Below, in pieces: positions 51,909 to 62,172 of a DNA stretch of 64,000 bases. The position numbers were made by a program, and so were the translations under genes. The stretch covers positions 1,120,001-1,184,000 of the forward strand of contig OZ241863.1 of the NCBI GenBank assembly GCA_965203055.1. The letters run 5' to 3'. How positions within the stretch are numbered: position 1 is the stretch's first letter; the number at the start of each line of letters is the position of its first letter. Below the pieces are notes generated by a model. The model saw only the letters and a list, made by a program, of their open reading frames with translations, searched no databases and was not told where the DNA came from. The stretch is from Spirochaetia bacterium. Its GTDB lineage: Bacteria > Spirochaetota > Spirochaetia > SZUA-6 > Bin103.

Positions 51909-54422
51909 TCAGGCGCCGACCCGCTTGCGCATGATGAGCCGGTTGTGTCCGCCGACGGTGGCGTAGTCCACCGCGTCCATCGGCTTCGGGCGCACGATCT
52001 GACCGCGCTCGCGGCTCACGTAGCGCTCCTCGGCGGCGGCGTCGGGGGGCGCGTCGATCAGCGCATAGGGCGGCCCCTCGTCGTCCATCGCCAGTTCCAC
52101 GACGCTGTCTTCGAGCGACGCCCGAACGTTGATTTCGTAGGTGCTGCCCGCCGGCAGCCGGTAGTCGATGGTGGTGGTGAGCACGTCGGCAAGGGAGTTC
52201 TGCAGGTCTTTCGCCGCCGCCGCGGCGATGCCGGCGCGCTTGGCGAAGTTTCCTATCTCCTTGACCGCGCGCGGAACGTCGGCAAGGTCGTTGCGCAGCG
52301 AGAAGCGGTGCACGACGATCGTATCCGGCACGCTCGCGCGGCCGAGCACCAGCATCGTGATGTCGTCGAACTGAGCCGCCTCGCCGACGAACTCCTCCAC
52401 CGTGCGCAGCATGGTCTCGATGGTGTCGCGGGGACTGCGCTCGGCGCTGGTCAGCAGGTTGGCCTCCATCCGCTCGTAGCCGAACTCCTCTTCCTCCCGG
52501 TTGGTCGCCTCCGGCACTCCGTCGGTATAGATGAACAACTTGCCGTCCGGCGGGATTTCGACCCGCCCGACCTCATAGGGCAGTCCTTCGAACATCGCCA
52601 GCGCCACGCCGCCGGTCAGCGGCAGCCGCTCGGCGCGCCCCGGTGCTACCAGGACGGGCGGGTTGTGGCCGCCGTTGGCATACACCAGGCTGCCGTCGCG
52701 TTGATCGTAGATGCCGTAGAAGACGGTCACGAACAGGTCTGAGCGCGACGCGTCGACGAGCGTTTCGTTCACCATCTCCAGGCACTTGCCGGGGCCGTCC
52801 TCGACGTAGCGGGCGGTGGCGCGGATCACGGTGCGGGTCACCGCCATGAACAGCGAGGCGGGTACGCCCTTGCCCGCCACGTCGCCGATGACGACGCCGA
52901 TGCGGTGGTCGTCGAGGGGGAAGAAGTCGTAGAAGTCGCCGCCCACCTCCTTGGCGGCGTGCATGGTCGCGTGGATGTGCGAGCTGGAGGTGTCCAGGGT
53001 CTCGCCGGGGAGAAACGAGCGCTGCACCCGGGTCGCTACCTGCAGGTCGTGCTGCAGGGCCATGTAGGCGGTCTGCGTGCGCAACGCCTCCTGCAGCTCG
53101 GCCACCAGCGTCCGCAGGCGTTCCTGCTGCCGTCCCACGCGGTCGGCCATCTTCTGGAACGCGAAGCCCATCACTTGCAGGTCGCCGGTGGTGTCCTCGT
53201 CGGCGGGCACGTCGGCGCGCGCTTCCTTGCGCGCCGCCGCGGGAGCTTCGATCTCGGCGAGATCGGTGAGTATGTCCTTGCGCTCCTCCTTGTTCAGGGT
53301 GGAGGAAAGACGCGTCATCTCGCCGCGGATGAACCGTTCCTGCTGGCGCTGGCGGCGCGCCGCCCGGCGGCGATGGCGCCGCAGCGCGATGGTCTGGGTG
53401 CGGAAGGTGTTGACCGCCTCGGCGATGCGCGCCAACTCGTCGTTGCCGCGCCCTTCGCCCACCTCGACGGCGGCCTGCGTGTCGCCGTGGGAGAGCGCGT
53501 CCAGCACGCGCACGCCGTCGGTAAGGGGCGACAGCGACCGCCGCAAGTAGTATGACAGCGCGAGCAGCGACAGCAACAGGAAGCCGCCGATCGCGGCGAA
53601 GGTAATCAAGCTTACCCGGCGCTGCTCGGCGTCGGCGGCGCTCACGTCGCGGACCGTGATCACCTGCGCCACCAGATGGCCCAGTTCCGCTTCCAGCGGA
53701 AAGGCGGCCAGCGACCACACGCGGCCGCCGTCGCGCGACTCCTGGGAGGCGCCCTCGCGGAGCCGGGCGGTGCCGCCAACCGCGTCCCACACCTGCGGGT
53801 CGGTGCCCACCAGCAGGCGCCCGCGCCGGTTCACGATCAGGGCCTCGGCGCCGGTATCGTCCTTCAACTGGGACAGCGCCTGGATGATGTCGGTGGCGTA
53901 GATGGCCACCGCGAGCGGCGCGCCGGCGTCGTCCGCCAGCGGCACGCCGAGCGAAAGGGTAACGTTGCGCTCCGCGTCGATTGCCACCCCGCTGCTGCCG
54001 CGGCGCTGGGCGATCATCGCCGCCAGGGCGTCATCGCTGGCGGCCGCCGCCGGTTCGAATGCCGGTACCGACGAGTACAGCACCTCGCGGGACAGCGACA
54101 CCAGGTCGAGACGGGTCACGTCGCCGGTGCGCTGCAACCTGCCGAGCAGGTCTCGCGCGGCGTTCGCAATGAGTCCCCGATCGTCGCTGACGAGCGCCGC
54201 GCGCAGGGCCGCGTCCTGCTCGACGACCGGCGTGAGCTCGCGCATGCGCTGGATTCCGGTCTCGACGATCTTGCTCCACAGCGCGCGGCTGCCGCCGATG
54301 GCGGTCTGGTCGAGCTGCTCGCGCAGCAGCGCTTCGCGCTGAAATCCGGCGAACACCAACCCGGCCACCATCACCGCCATGAAGCACACGACGATGATGC
54401 TGATTCGCGCCTTGATTCCCAT
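51909..54422 (-). CDS. Membrane sensor + HAMP + SpoIIE/PP2C phosphatase + RsbW-like C-terminal domain
   Basis: Two TMs, EVGGDFYD, IGDVAGKG, NGGHNPP, YTDGVPE, FDDIT. The tail resembles an anti-sigma HATPase with a degenerate N-box. Confidence 0.88.
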   Translation of the reverse strand: MGIKARISIIVVCFMAVMVAGLVFAGFQREALLREQLDQTAIGGSRALWSKIVETGIQRMRELTPVVEQDAALRAALVSDDRGLIANAARDLLGRLQRTGDVTRLDLVSLSREVLYSSVPAFEPAAAASDDALAAMIAQRRGSSGVAIDAERNVTLSLGVPLADDAGAPLAVAIYATDIIQALSQLKDDTGAEALIVNRRGRLLVGTDPQVWDAVGGTARLREGASQESRDGGRVWSLAAFPLEAELGHLVAQVITVRDVSAADAEQRRVSLITFAAIGGFLLLSLLALSYYLRRSLSPLTDGVRVLDALSHGDTQAAVEVGEGRGNDELARIAEAVNTFRTQTIALRRHRRRAARRQRQQERFIRGEMTRLSSTLNKEERKDILTDLAEIEAPAAARKEARADVPADEDTTGDLQVMGFAFQKMADRVGRQQERLRTLVAELQEALRTQTAYMALQHDLQVATRVQRSFLPGETLDTSSSHIHATMHAAKEVGGDFYDFFPLDDHRIGVVIGDVAGKGVPASLFMAVTRTVIRATARYVEDGPGKCLEMVNETLVDASRSDLFVTVFYGIYDQRDGSLVYANGGHNPPVLVAPGRAERLPLTGGVALAMFEGLPYEVGRVEIPPDGKLFIYTDGVPEATNREEEEFGYERMEANLLTSAERSPRDTIETMLRTVEEFVGEAAQFDDITMLVLGRASVPDTIVVHRFSLRNDLADVPRAVKEIGNFAKRAGIAAAAAKDLQNSLADVLTTTIDYRLPAGSTYEINVRASLEDSVVELAMDDEGPPYALIDAPPDAAAEERYVSRERGQIVRPKPMDAVDYATVGGHNRLIMRKRVGA

Positions 54423-54428
54423 GACCGG

Positions 54429-55451
54429 TTAGTCGACCACCTGCGCGACGCGCAGCAGATCGAGCGGCGGATAGATGCCGAGCTGCAAGGCTACCGGCAT
54501 GCGGATGAGCAGCAGGAACCGCGCCAGCGAAGCCACCGGGAGGTCCTCCGGCTGCTCGCCGCCCACCAGGATCCGTTCCGCCTGGGCCCCGGCCAGCTTG
54601 CCGATCAGGTAGTAGCGGCTCACCAGCCCCAGCATTGCCTGGGAGCGCGCGAACACCGCGTCGGTGCCGGCGAACGCCGGCACGCCGTGCGCCGCCGCCA
54701 TGGTGCTGATCCGCGCGCTGTTGACGGTAACGAACGAGTCCGGCCCCATGTAGAGGAATTGCGCGCCGCTGGCGGCCAGGCCGTCTACCAGTTCGCCCAG
54801 GCGGCCGGCATCCGGTCGGCCTGCTTCGTTGAGGGGTACCGGCGCTTCCAGGAACCGGATGCCGCGCGCTTCGGCAACGGCGCGCATTTCTTCCATGTTG
54901 ATCACCGAATTGCGCTCCAGGGAGTTGTAGATCATGCCCAGCGTGTCGATCTCACGGTAGGCGAGAAGGGCCTCGAGCTGAGTGTCCGCCGGCGCCAGGA
55001 AGGCGGTGCCGGTGACCGGCCGGCCGGTGGATTCGAAACTCTCGACGATGTTGGCCTGCAGCGGATAGGCGACGATCGAGAACACGCCCGGGATGCCGTC
55101 CACGTGCGCGCCCGCCTCCGCCCCGTCGCGCGGTCCCAGGACGCCGAGCGTGGCCGAGGTGCCGAACGTATGCACCAAGTCCGGCTGGGCGGCCCGTATT
55201 TCGGCGACGATCTCGGGAATCCGGCTGCGGTCCTGCGCGATGTTGCGCAAGGTGTAGCGCACGCGGATGCCGCGCTCGCGCATGTGCGCCCGAAAGCCGT
55301 GCTCGACATCGGTCTCGCCGCGCCATACCACCAGGAACACGTGGAACGGCTCGGCCTCGGCGGAGGTCTGCGCCGCGCCGTTCCCCGCCGCGGCGGCCAG
55401 CAGCGCGAGCGCCGGGAACAGGGTGGCGAGGCGCAGGCGGCCGCGCCTCAT
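54429..55451 (-). CDS. ABC-type substrate-binding protein
   Basis: Signal peptide, PDLVHTFGTSAT, VTGT, IYNSLERNS. Confidence 0.85.
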   Translation of the reverse strand: MRRGRLRLATLFPALALLAAAAGNGAAQTSAEAEPFHVFLVVWRGETDVEHGFRAHMRERGIRVRYTLRNIAQDRSRIPEIVAEIRAAQPDLVHTFGTSATLGVLGPRDGAEAGAHVDGIPGVFSIVAYPLQANIVESFESTGRPVTGTAFLAPADTQLEALLAYREIDTLGMIYNSLERNSVINMEEMRAVAEARGIRFLEAPVPLNEAGRPDAGRLGELVDGLAASGAQFLYMGPDSFVTVNSARISTMAAAHGVPAFAGTDAVFARSQAMLGLVSRYYLIGKLAGAQAERILVGGEQPEDLPVASLARFLLLIRMPVALQLGIYPPLDLLRVAQVVD

Positions 55452-57553
55452 GCCGCCGCCTCCGCTTGCGCCTCGGGTTCGGTGCGGCCCATGCCGAGCA
55501 GGAAGAACGCGATGGTGCAGATGACCACGAACGCCGCTACCAGCAGCATCGCTTCGCTATAGCCGACGAAGGTAACCACCGTTCCCACCACCACGGCGCC
55601 GGCCGCGGTGCCGATGCGCTCCAGGGTGCGAAACGAACCGACGATCACGCCGGGGCCGACGCCGAACTCCCGGCCGCGCTCGGCGATCTTCTGAATGGCA
55701 GCGAGCTGCGGGGTATTGACCAGCGCGTAGCCGGTGCCGATGACGGCGATTCCCGCCAGCACCCCGCCGGTAGTGGTCGACAGCGTCGGCAGCAGACCGC
55801 CGAGCCCGACGATCAATCCGCCGATGATGATGAAGGTGTGGGGCCGTTCGAGCCGGTCGGAGCGGCGCGCGGCAAGCGGGGTGATGGCGACGCAGGCAAT
55901 GCCGAACACCATCATGATGCGCCCGACGTTCGACTGCGAGTTGCCGAGGTCAGACAGGAACAGCGGGATGAGGTAGAAGAACAGTCCGCCGAGGACCAGC
56001 TTCGACGGCAGCGCCGAAAGGAAGGTCAGGACCAGAAAGTCGCGCTGGCCGAGGATTCGGCGCCAGCTCCGGTTGGCCCTGACGCCGCTGCTCAGACTGA
56101 CTGGCCGCCCGCGGCCGGTTTCCCGATCCACGATCACCAGCGCCGCCACGCCGGAGAACAGCGCGAGCCCGGCGGCCACCAGCAGCGTCTGTTGGTAGCC
56201 CAGACGATCGGCCAGGATCCCGCCGATCGCCGGACCGCAGACGAAGGCCGCGAACACCGCTCCCAGGAAGCCGGACATGCCCACCGCCCGGCTGGACGGC
56301 GCGGTATGGTGGGCGACGTAGGCCTGCGCCGAGATGAAGATGATGCCGTAGCCGACGCCGGCCACCGTCCACCACACCAGCACCTCGACGATGCTGCCCG
56401 ACAGCGCCGCGCCGACGTGGCCGATCACCGAGGGCAGGATGCCGGCCACGAACATGGCGCGTGGCGCGATCCGGTCGGTGAGCGCCCCGGCGATCGGAAT
56501 CGAGATCAGCACCATCACCATGAAGGTGGTGATCGGCAGTCCGATGATGAGTTCCTTGCTCAGGAAGCCGATCGGGGTATAGACTTGGTCGAAGAACAGC
56601 GGCAGGAACGGACGCGACAGCTCCTGCGCCAGCATGAACAGGAACAGCGGTACGCGCACGTCCATTGGCGAGCGCGGAACGACGGTCTCCTCGGAGCCGG
56701 GCGCGGTAAAGCGGAAGCGCTGGCCGAGCGCCGAAACCACGTCGCGGATGCGTTGCTGAACGGTACGGTCGAGTTGCACCGCGCGCGCATCTTCGGCTTC
56801 CTCAGTCAAGATCGAGAATTCGGTATTCACGCGATGCACCGCATCGTTGTAGGCGCCGGCGAACGCTCCGATCTCGTCCTTGTTGCGCAGCCCGAGGCGG
56901 CGCAGGAAGTCTCCCTTCGAGCTGAGGATGATGAGCCGGTCGGCGAGCTGAATCGGGCCGGAAACCCGCACTACGACGAAGGCGACCAGCAGTTCGATGC
57001 CGATCAGCAGCGTTGCCAGAAACACCGTGCCGATGTCCAGCCGCAACTCCGCCAGCTCGGAACGGATCGCTCCTTCATGCACACCTACGTGCAGGTACGC
57101 CTGCAGCACCCGCGCGCCCTCCCCGCCGCGGCTCTCGTCCGCGACCTCGATCGGCAGCAGCAGGGAGTCGGCGCCGCCGATCGCCGGCGCCGCGGCGCCG
57201 CCGGTCTCGTACAGTACTTCATGGCCGGTGCGCAACACGCCAAGGTAGGTGAAGTCGGGGTTGCGGTCCAGCACGTCCTGCAGAAACACGTCCATGTCGA
57301 CCAGTGAATCCAGCGGGATGCCCAGCGACAGGCCGTAGCCGATCTGGTCGGCGGCGAGATCTCCGGCCACCTCGGCCTTCTGGCGAATCTCGGGCAGCAG
57401 CGAGTCTTCGAACGTGGCCGCCAACAGAAAGGAGACGACGCCCTGGGAGAGCAGCAACAGCACCGCGGTCAACGCGGCCAGGCGCAGCACCACGCCGCGA
57501 AACACGTTGCGCTCCGACTGCTCGGACGAGGCCAACGGCGCGGCGGCGCTCAC
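55448..57553 (-). CDS. MFS transporter fused to an N-terminal extracytoplasmic + HAMP region
   Basis: TM-loop-TM, HAMP-like DEIGAFAGAYN, then an MFS body (GALTDRIAPR, GPAIGGILADRLG). Confidence 0.85.
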   Translation of the reverse strand: MSAAAPLASSEQSERNVFRGVVLRLAALTAVLLLLSQGVVSFLLAATFEDSLLPEIRQKAEVAGDLAADQIGYGLSLGIPLDSLVDMDVFLQDVLDRNPDFTYLGVLRTGHEVLYETGGAAAPAIGGADSLLLPIEVADESRGGEGARVLQAYLHVGVHEGAIRSELAELRLDIGTVFLATLLIGIELLVAFVVVRVSGPIQLADRLIILSSKGDFLRRLGLRNKDEIGAFAGAYNDAVHRVNTEFSILTEEAEDARAVQLDRTVQQRIRDVVSALGQRFRFTAPGSEETVVPRSPMDVRVPLFLFMLAQELSRPFLPLFFDQVYTPIGFLSKELIIGLPITTFMVMVLISIPIAGALTDRIAPRAMFVAGILPSVIGHVGAALSGSIVEVLVWWTVAGVGYGIIFISAQAYVAHHTAPSSRAVGMSGFLGAVFAAFVCGPAIGGILADRLGYQQTLLVAAGLALFSGVAALVIVDRETGRGRPVSLSSGVRANRSWRRILGQRDFLVLTFLSALPSKLVLGGLFFYLIPLFLSDLGNSQSNVGRIMMVFGIACVAITPLAARRSDRLERPHTFIIIGGLIVGLGGLLPTLSTTTGGVLAGIAVIGTGYALVNTPQLAAIQKIAERGREFGVGPGVIVGSFRTLERIGTAAGAVVVGTVVTFVGYSEAMLLVAAFVVICTIAFFLLGMGRTEPEAQAEAAA

Positions 57554-58344
57554 CGGTCGCCCCCGGCGCCCGCCTGCGCCGCGTGCGGTTCCGCCTCGAT
57601 CCGCCGAATCTCGTCCGCCGCGTCCGCTACCGCGCGCCGCGCCGCGGCCGCGGTCTCGGCGAAGTGGGCGGAGGTGGGATCGGGTTCGACGTCGGGGGCG
57701 GCGTCCGCCGCCGCCTCGATGGCCGCCCGCATGCCCTGCAGGCGCCGGCGCAGCTTGCGGGTAAAGAGCACGGCAAGCACGCTGCCGAACACGGCGAATC
57801 CCAACAGGACCGCGGCGCACAGGCCGACGATGCGCAGCGCCATGGCGCGCACGTCGCTTTCGAACCCGGCGCGCGAGTAGCGCAGGGCAAGCGATCCGAC
57901 CGCCCGGCCAATGCTGTCGTACACCCGCACGCCTACCACGTGAGCGTCGAATTCGGCGCGGTCCCACACCGGATCCTCGGCGTCCGCGTTCCAGGCGTCG
58001 GCCCACTCCACCGACACCAGATCGCCGCGGAGACTCTCGTCGGAACTGTAGAGCACGGTACCCTTGTCGTCGAACATCTCGATCGACAGCACGCCGCGAT
58101 GGTCCTCGACCGTTTTCTGCAGGTCCGCGACTACGCCTTGCAGAGCGTCGACCGCGAGGCCCAGCGACAGCGACGACTCAATGGTGTGGGCGATGTCCTG
58201 CAGCACCAGGGCGTGGCGGTCGCGCAGCAGGTCGGACAGAAACTTGCGGTACTTGTAATGGTTCATGAGGCCGGTAAGGGACACCGCCAGCGTCAGAATG
58301 AGAAAGATGTTCACCGCAACGCGAGCGGGCAGATTGAGATGCAC
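57550..58344 (-). CDS. Two-TM sensor-like membrane protein
   Basis: AGGAGG SD, TM-periplasmic-TM layout, GTGA overlap with the MFS gene. Confidence 0.75.
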   Translation of the reverse strand: MHLNLPARVAVNIFLILTLAVSLTGLMNHYKYRKFLSDLLRDRHALVLQDIAHTIESSLSLGLAVDALQGVVADLQKTVEDHRGVLSIEMFDDKGTVLYSSDESLRGDLVSVEWADAWNADAEDPVWDRAEFDAHVVGVRVYDSIGRAVGSLALRYSRAGFESDVRAMALRIVGLCAAVLLGFAVFGSVLAVLFTRKLRRRLQGMRAAIEAAADAAPDVEPDPTSAHFAETAAAARRAVADAADEIRRIEAEPHAAQAGAGGDR

Positions 58345-58370
58345 GTTCCATTACCTCCTGCTCCGGGCCT

Positions 58371-58398
58371 GCGACACCGGCTCTAGCGCCGGTGTCGC
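58371..58398. terminator. GC-rich hairpin downstream of amtB (no U tract)
   Basis: GCGACACCGGC-N6-GCCGGTGTCGC. Confidence 0.4.
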
Positions 58399-58407
58399 GC
58401 GCCCCCC

Positions 58408-59805
58408 TCAGTCGTCTTCGCCGTCATCTTCTTCCGGCATCAGCACGAACTCGGGGTAGGCTTCGATCTTCAGTTCGCTGGCGTCCTGCCCGAGGCGTTC
58501 GTGGTTCCTTGACACCCGCACCGTGAACAGCGCGTCGAGCACCCGCCACACGATCCACGAGACGATGAATACGAACGCGCCGACCGCCAGCACGCCCAGG
58601 ATCTGTACCCCGAAGTTGGCGCCGGCGGCGATGCATGCCGCCAGCGTGCCCCAGGCGCCGGCCATCAGGTGCGCCGGTACCGCGCCGACCACGTCGTCCA
58701 CCTTGAGCTTCTCCAGGAGCTTGATCCCCAGGGTGCACAACAGACCGCCGACGGCGCCGATGACCACCGCCCACAGATGCTGGGTGATGTCGGGGCCGGC
58801 GGTGATCGACACCAGTCCGGCGATGGCGCCGTTCAGCGCCGCGAACATGTCGGTGCGTCCCAGGATGAAGCGCGAGCAGGCGAGCGCGGTGATCACGCCG
58901 GCGGCGGCGCCCAGGTTGGTGTTGACCAGCACGTTGCTCATCGCCACCGCGTCCAGCGCGGACCCCAGCGCCAACTGCGATCCGCCGTTGAATCCGAACC
59001 AGCCGAACCACAGAATGAACACCCCGAGGGTCACCAGCACCACGTTGGAGGGAGGCGTGGCGCGGACCGTGCCGTCCCGCTTGAACTTGCCCAGGCGCGG
59101 CCCGACCACCAGCGCCCCGGCCAGCGCGGCCCAGCCGCCGGTGCCGTGGACGATGGTGGAGCCGGCGAAGTCCTGGAAGCCGAGGCTGCTGAGCCAGCCG
59201 CCGCCCCAGGTCCAGGCCCCGACCACCGGGTACAGGACCGCGGTCAGGATCAGCGTAAAGAGGAAGAACGGCCACATCTTGACGCGCTCGGCCAGCGCTC
59301 CCGACACGATGGAGGCGGCGGTCGCCACGAACACCATCTGGAAGAACCAGTCCGACATGACCGAATAGCCGCTCTCGATGACCGCCGCGCCCGCTTCGGC
59401 CTGGCCGCCGATCAGGGCCAGCTCGTCGGCGGACGGCCCGTAGAGCAGCTTGAACGAGCCGATGACGCTGCCCACGTCCACGTACATCAGGTTGTAGCCC
59501 ACCAGGTAGTAGGCCAACCCGGCGATGGAGTACAGGCCGATGTTCTTCAGACAGATGACGGAGGCGTTCTTGGTGCGCACCGAGCCGGCCTCGAGCATGG
59601 TGAAGCCGGCGGCCATCCACATTACCAGGGCGCCCCAGACCAGAAACGAAAAGGTGTTGAAGACGAACAGCGTCTCCTGGTCGACCGCCGCGTACGCCAG
59701 GCTGGCGCCGCCCAACAGCAGGCCGAGCACCAGCAGCGGCGTGCGCGCGGAGACGGCTTGCAGGTCCGCCATTCCGCGGCGGATTCGTCGATACAGATTA
59801 TCCAT
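58408..59805 (-). CDS. amtB: Ammonium transporter
   Basis: FFQMVF, GALAER, DFAGSTIVH, LWFGWFGFNGGS, NGAIAGLVSIT, DDVVGAVPAH. Confidence 0.95.
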   Translation of the reverse strand: MDNLYRRIRRGMADLQAVSARTPLLVLGLLLGGASLAYAAVDQETLFVFNTFSFLVWGALVMWMAAGFTMLEAGSVRTKNASVICLKNIGLYSIAGLAYYLVGYNLMYVDVGSVIGSFKLLYGPSADELALIGGQAEAGAAVIESGYSVMSDWFFQMVFVATAASIVSGALAERVKMWPFFLFTLILTAVLYPVVGAWTWGGGWLSSLGFQDFAGSTIVHGTGGWAALAGALVVGPRLGKFKRDGTVRATPPSNVVLVTLGVFILWFGWFGFNGGSQLALGSALDAVAMSNVLVNTNLGAAAGVITALACSRFILGRTDMFAALNGAIAGLVSITAGPDITQHLWAVVIGAVGGLLCTLGIKLLEKLKVDDVVGAVPAHLMAGAWGTLAACIAAGANFGVQILGVLAVGAFVFIVSWIVWRVLDALFTVRVSRNHERLGQDASELKIEAYPEFVLMPEEDDGEDD

Positions 59806-59962
59806 GGACCCTCGTTCTACTTATCCTCTTGTTTGCGTGGGAGACCGCCGGGCCGCGCGCCGAACCGTGGCCGCGGGGTACCTGAACCGAGCGGCACGTG
59901 ACGTATGGCAACCGGCAGTCGTCCCGATCGTGCGGCACCATACGACAGATCGGGGAATGCGT

Positions 59963-61312
59963 CTACCCGTCCGCGGCAGCGCGCCGCGGAGCCTCCCGAG
60001 CGGGATCCGCCGGGGCAATGGCGGCCACGCCGGTGTAGGGGCGCAGGACCTCGGGCACCGTCACCGCGCCGTCCGCGCGCTGATACGTTTCCAACAGCGC
60101 CGGCAGCAGCCGGCTGGTGGCCAGACCGGACGCGTTGAGGGTGTGCGCGAAGGTGGTGCCGGCCGCGCCGCGCAGCCGCGTGCGGGCGCGGCGCGCCTGG
60201 TAGTCGCGGGTGTTGGAGGCGGAACTGACCTCTTCGTAGCTCCGCATGCTCGGAATCCACACCTCGACGTCGAAGGTCTTGGCGGCGGCGGCGCTGCAAT
60301 CGCCGGCCGCGAGCTGCGACACCCGGTAGTGCAGCCCCAGATCGCGCACCAGCGACTCGGCCTGCTCCAGCATGCCGGGCAGCGCGGCGTCCGACTGCTC
60401 CGGGGCCACGAACTGGAACAGCTCCACCTTGTGGAACTGATGGCCGCGAATCGTGCCGCGGTCGTGCGCGCGGTAGCTGCCCGCCTCGCGGCGGTAGCAG
60501 GGGGAGAAGGCGCAATACTTGCGGGGCAGGGTGGCGGCGTCGAGGATCTCGTCCTTATGGAGGGCGGCAAGAGCGGTCTCCGCGGTGGGAATCAGCACCT
60601 GGCCGGCGCCGGCCGGCGCCTCCGGCTTGCCGTCGCCATCGCCGTCACCGGCGCCGGCCAGCCGGTACACGTCCTGGCCGAACTTCGGGAACTGCCCCGA
60701 GACGTAGCCGCACTCCCAGTTCACGACGTGGGGCACCAGCAGCAACTCGTAGCCGGCCGCCACGTTGCGGGCGATGCAGTAGTTGATCAGCGCCCACTCC
60801 AGCAGCGCGCCGTCGCCGCGGTAGACCCAGAAGCCGTTGCCGGCGATCTTCACGCCGCGGGCGAAGTCGATCAGCCCCAGATTGGCGGCGATGGTCAGGT
60901 GGTCCAGGGGCGGGAACTCCTGGTGCGGCGGCTCGCCCCAGACGCGCAGCACGGCGTTGCTTTCCTTGCCGCCCGCGGCCACGTCGGCGTCCGGCAGGTT
61001 GGGGAGCTGCTCCAGGAACTCCCGGATGCGGCGTTCCAGCGCGGCGCGTTCGCCGTCCAACTGCTTGATGCGTTGGCCGACCCCGCGCATCTCCTCGATC
61101 AGCGGCTGCACCGGTTCGCCGCGGCGCTTGACCTGCGGGATCAGGCCCGACACCTCGTTGCGCCGCGCGCGCAACGCGTCGCCTTCGACGACGAGGCTGC
61201 GGCGGCGCGCGTCCCACTCCAGCAGCGGCGCGAACTCCACCCGCGCGCCGCGCTTGGCCAGGGCCGCGGCCACGCCGGCGGGGTCGGAACGGATCCGGTT
61301 CAGATCGAGCAT
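59963..61312 (-). CDS. serS: Serine--tRNA ligase
   Basis: MLD start, coiled arm, LIPTAET, CYRREAG, HQFHKVE, EVSSASN, HTLNASGLA. Confidence 0.95.
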   Translation of the reverse strand: MLDLNRIRSDPAGVAAALAKRGARVEFAPLLEWDARRRSLVVEGDALRARRNEVSGLIPQVKRRGEPVQPLIEEMRGVGQRIKQLDGERAALERRIREFLEQLPNLPDADVAAGGKESNAVLRVWGEPPHQEFPPLDHLTIAANLGLIDFARGVKIAGNGFWVYRGDGALLEWALINYCIARNVAAGYELLLVPHVVNWECGYVSGQFPKFGQDVYRLAGAGDGDGDGKPEAPAGAGQVLIPTAETALAALHKDEILDAATLPRKYCAFSPCYRREAGSYRAHDRGTIRGHQFHKVELFQFVAPEQSDAALPGMLEQAESLVRDLGLHYRVSQLAAGDCSAAAAKTFDVEVWIPSMRSYEEVSSASNTRDYQARRARTRLRGAAGTTFAHTLNASGLATSRLLPALLETYQRADGAVTVPEVLRPYTGVAAIAPADPAREAPRRAAADG

Positions 61313-61418
61313 CGACCCGGCCAGGGTAGCACGCGCGGGCGGCGCGCGTCGCGCGCCGTTGGCGACCGGCTGCGGCCGGCGAAGGGGCGCGGGCCGTGGC
61401 TGGCGGCGGCTCCGCCGG

Positions 61419-62141
61419 CTAGGGCGGCGCCGCTCCGGGCGGGCGGCGTTCCAGCTCCCGGCGCGCGGCGGCGAGGCGCGGGCGCCACGCCGGCGGCAGG
61501 TGGACCGCGCCGGCCAGCCGGAACCCGTCCACCAGCCCGCGCAGCAGGGCGCGGCGCTCGGCCGCCGAGGCGACGCGCCGCTTGGCGAGTTCCCGTACCT
61601 CTCCCAGGCCGTCGAGGAACTGCTCCAGTTCGGCGCCCGCGGCGCCGTCCCGGAAGATCGCTTCCAGGTCGCGGCGCACCCGCCCGGCCAGGGCCGGGGA
61701 GGCGTTGCTGGTGCTGATGCTGAGGCGCAGGTGGCCGCAGGTCACCAGGGCGGCCATCGCCACCGTAGAGTACTGCGGCAGGTCGAAGGTGTTGATCGGG
61801 ATGCGCCGCCGCCGCGCCTGCGCGAACACGCGCCGGCACAGGGCGGCGTCGGAGCGCACCGTGTTCAACACCAGCGCGGCGCGGCGCAGGTCGCCGCGCC
61901 GGTAGCGGCGCCGGGAGTGCCGGATGCGGCCGGCGGCCGCCCACGCGTCCAGCTCCCGGTTCAGGTCCGGCGCCACCACCAGCACCTCGGCGCGCGCCTG
62001 CAGCAGGCGCGCGGTCTTGTCGCCGGCCTCGGCGCCGCCGCCGATCACCAGACAGCGGCGCCCGGCCACGTCCAGGCCGATCTGAAAGTGGGGGTTGAAC
62101 TCCGCGTGGTCACGGGTACTAATGGCAGCCAACGCCGCCAT
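61419..62141 (-). CDS. Precorrin-2 dehydrogenase / siroheme synthase N-terminal domain protein
   Basis: CLVIGGGAEA..K, ISTSNASPALA. Confidence 0.85.
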   Translation of the reverse strand: MAALAAISTRDHAEFNPHFQIGLDVAGRRCLVIGGGAEAGDKTARLLQARAEVLVVAPDLNRELDAWAAAGRIRHSRRRYRRGDLRRAALVLNTVRSDAALCRRVFAQARRRRIPINTFDLPQYSTVAMAALVTCGHLRLSISTSNASPALAGRVRRDLEAIFRDGAAGAELEQFLDGLGEVRELAKRRVASAAERRALLRGLVDGFRLAGAVHLPPAWRPRLAAARRELERRPPGAAPP

Positions 62142-62172
62142 GATAGTGCGGCTTCCACGATGGGGACAGACG

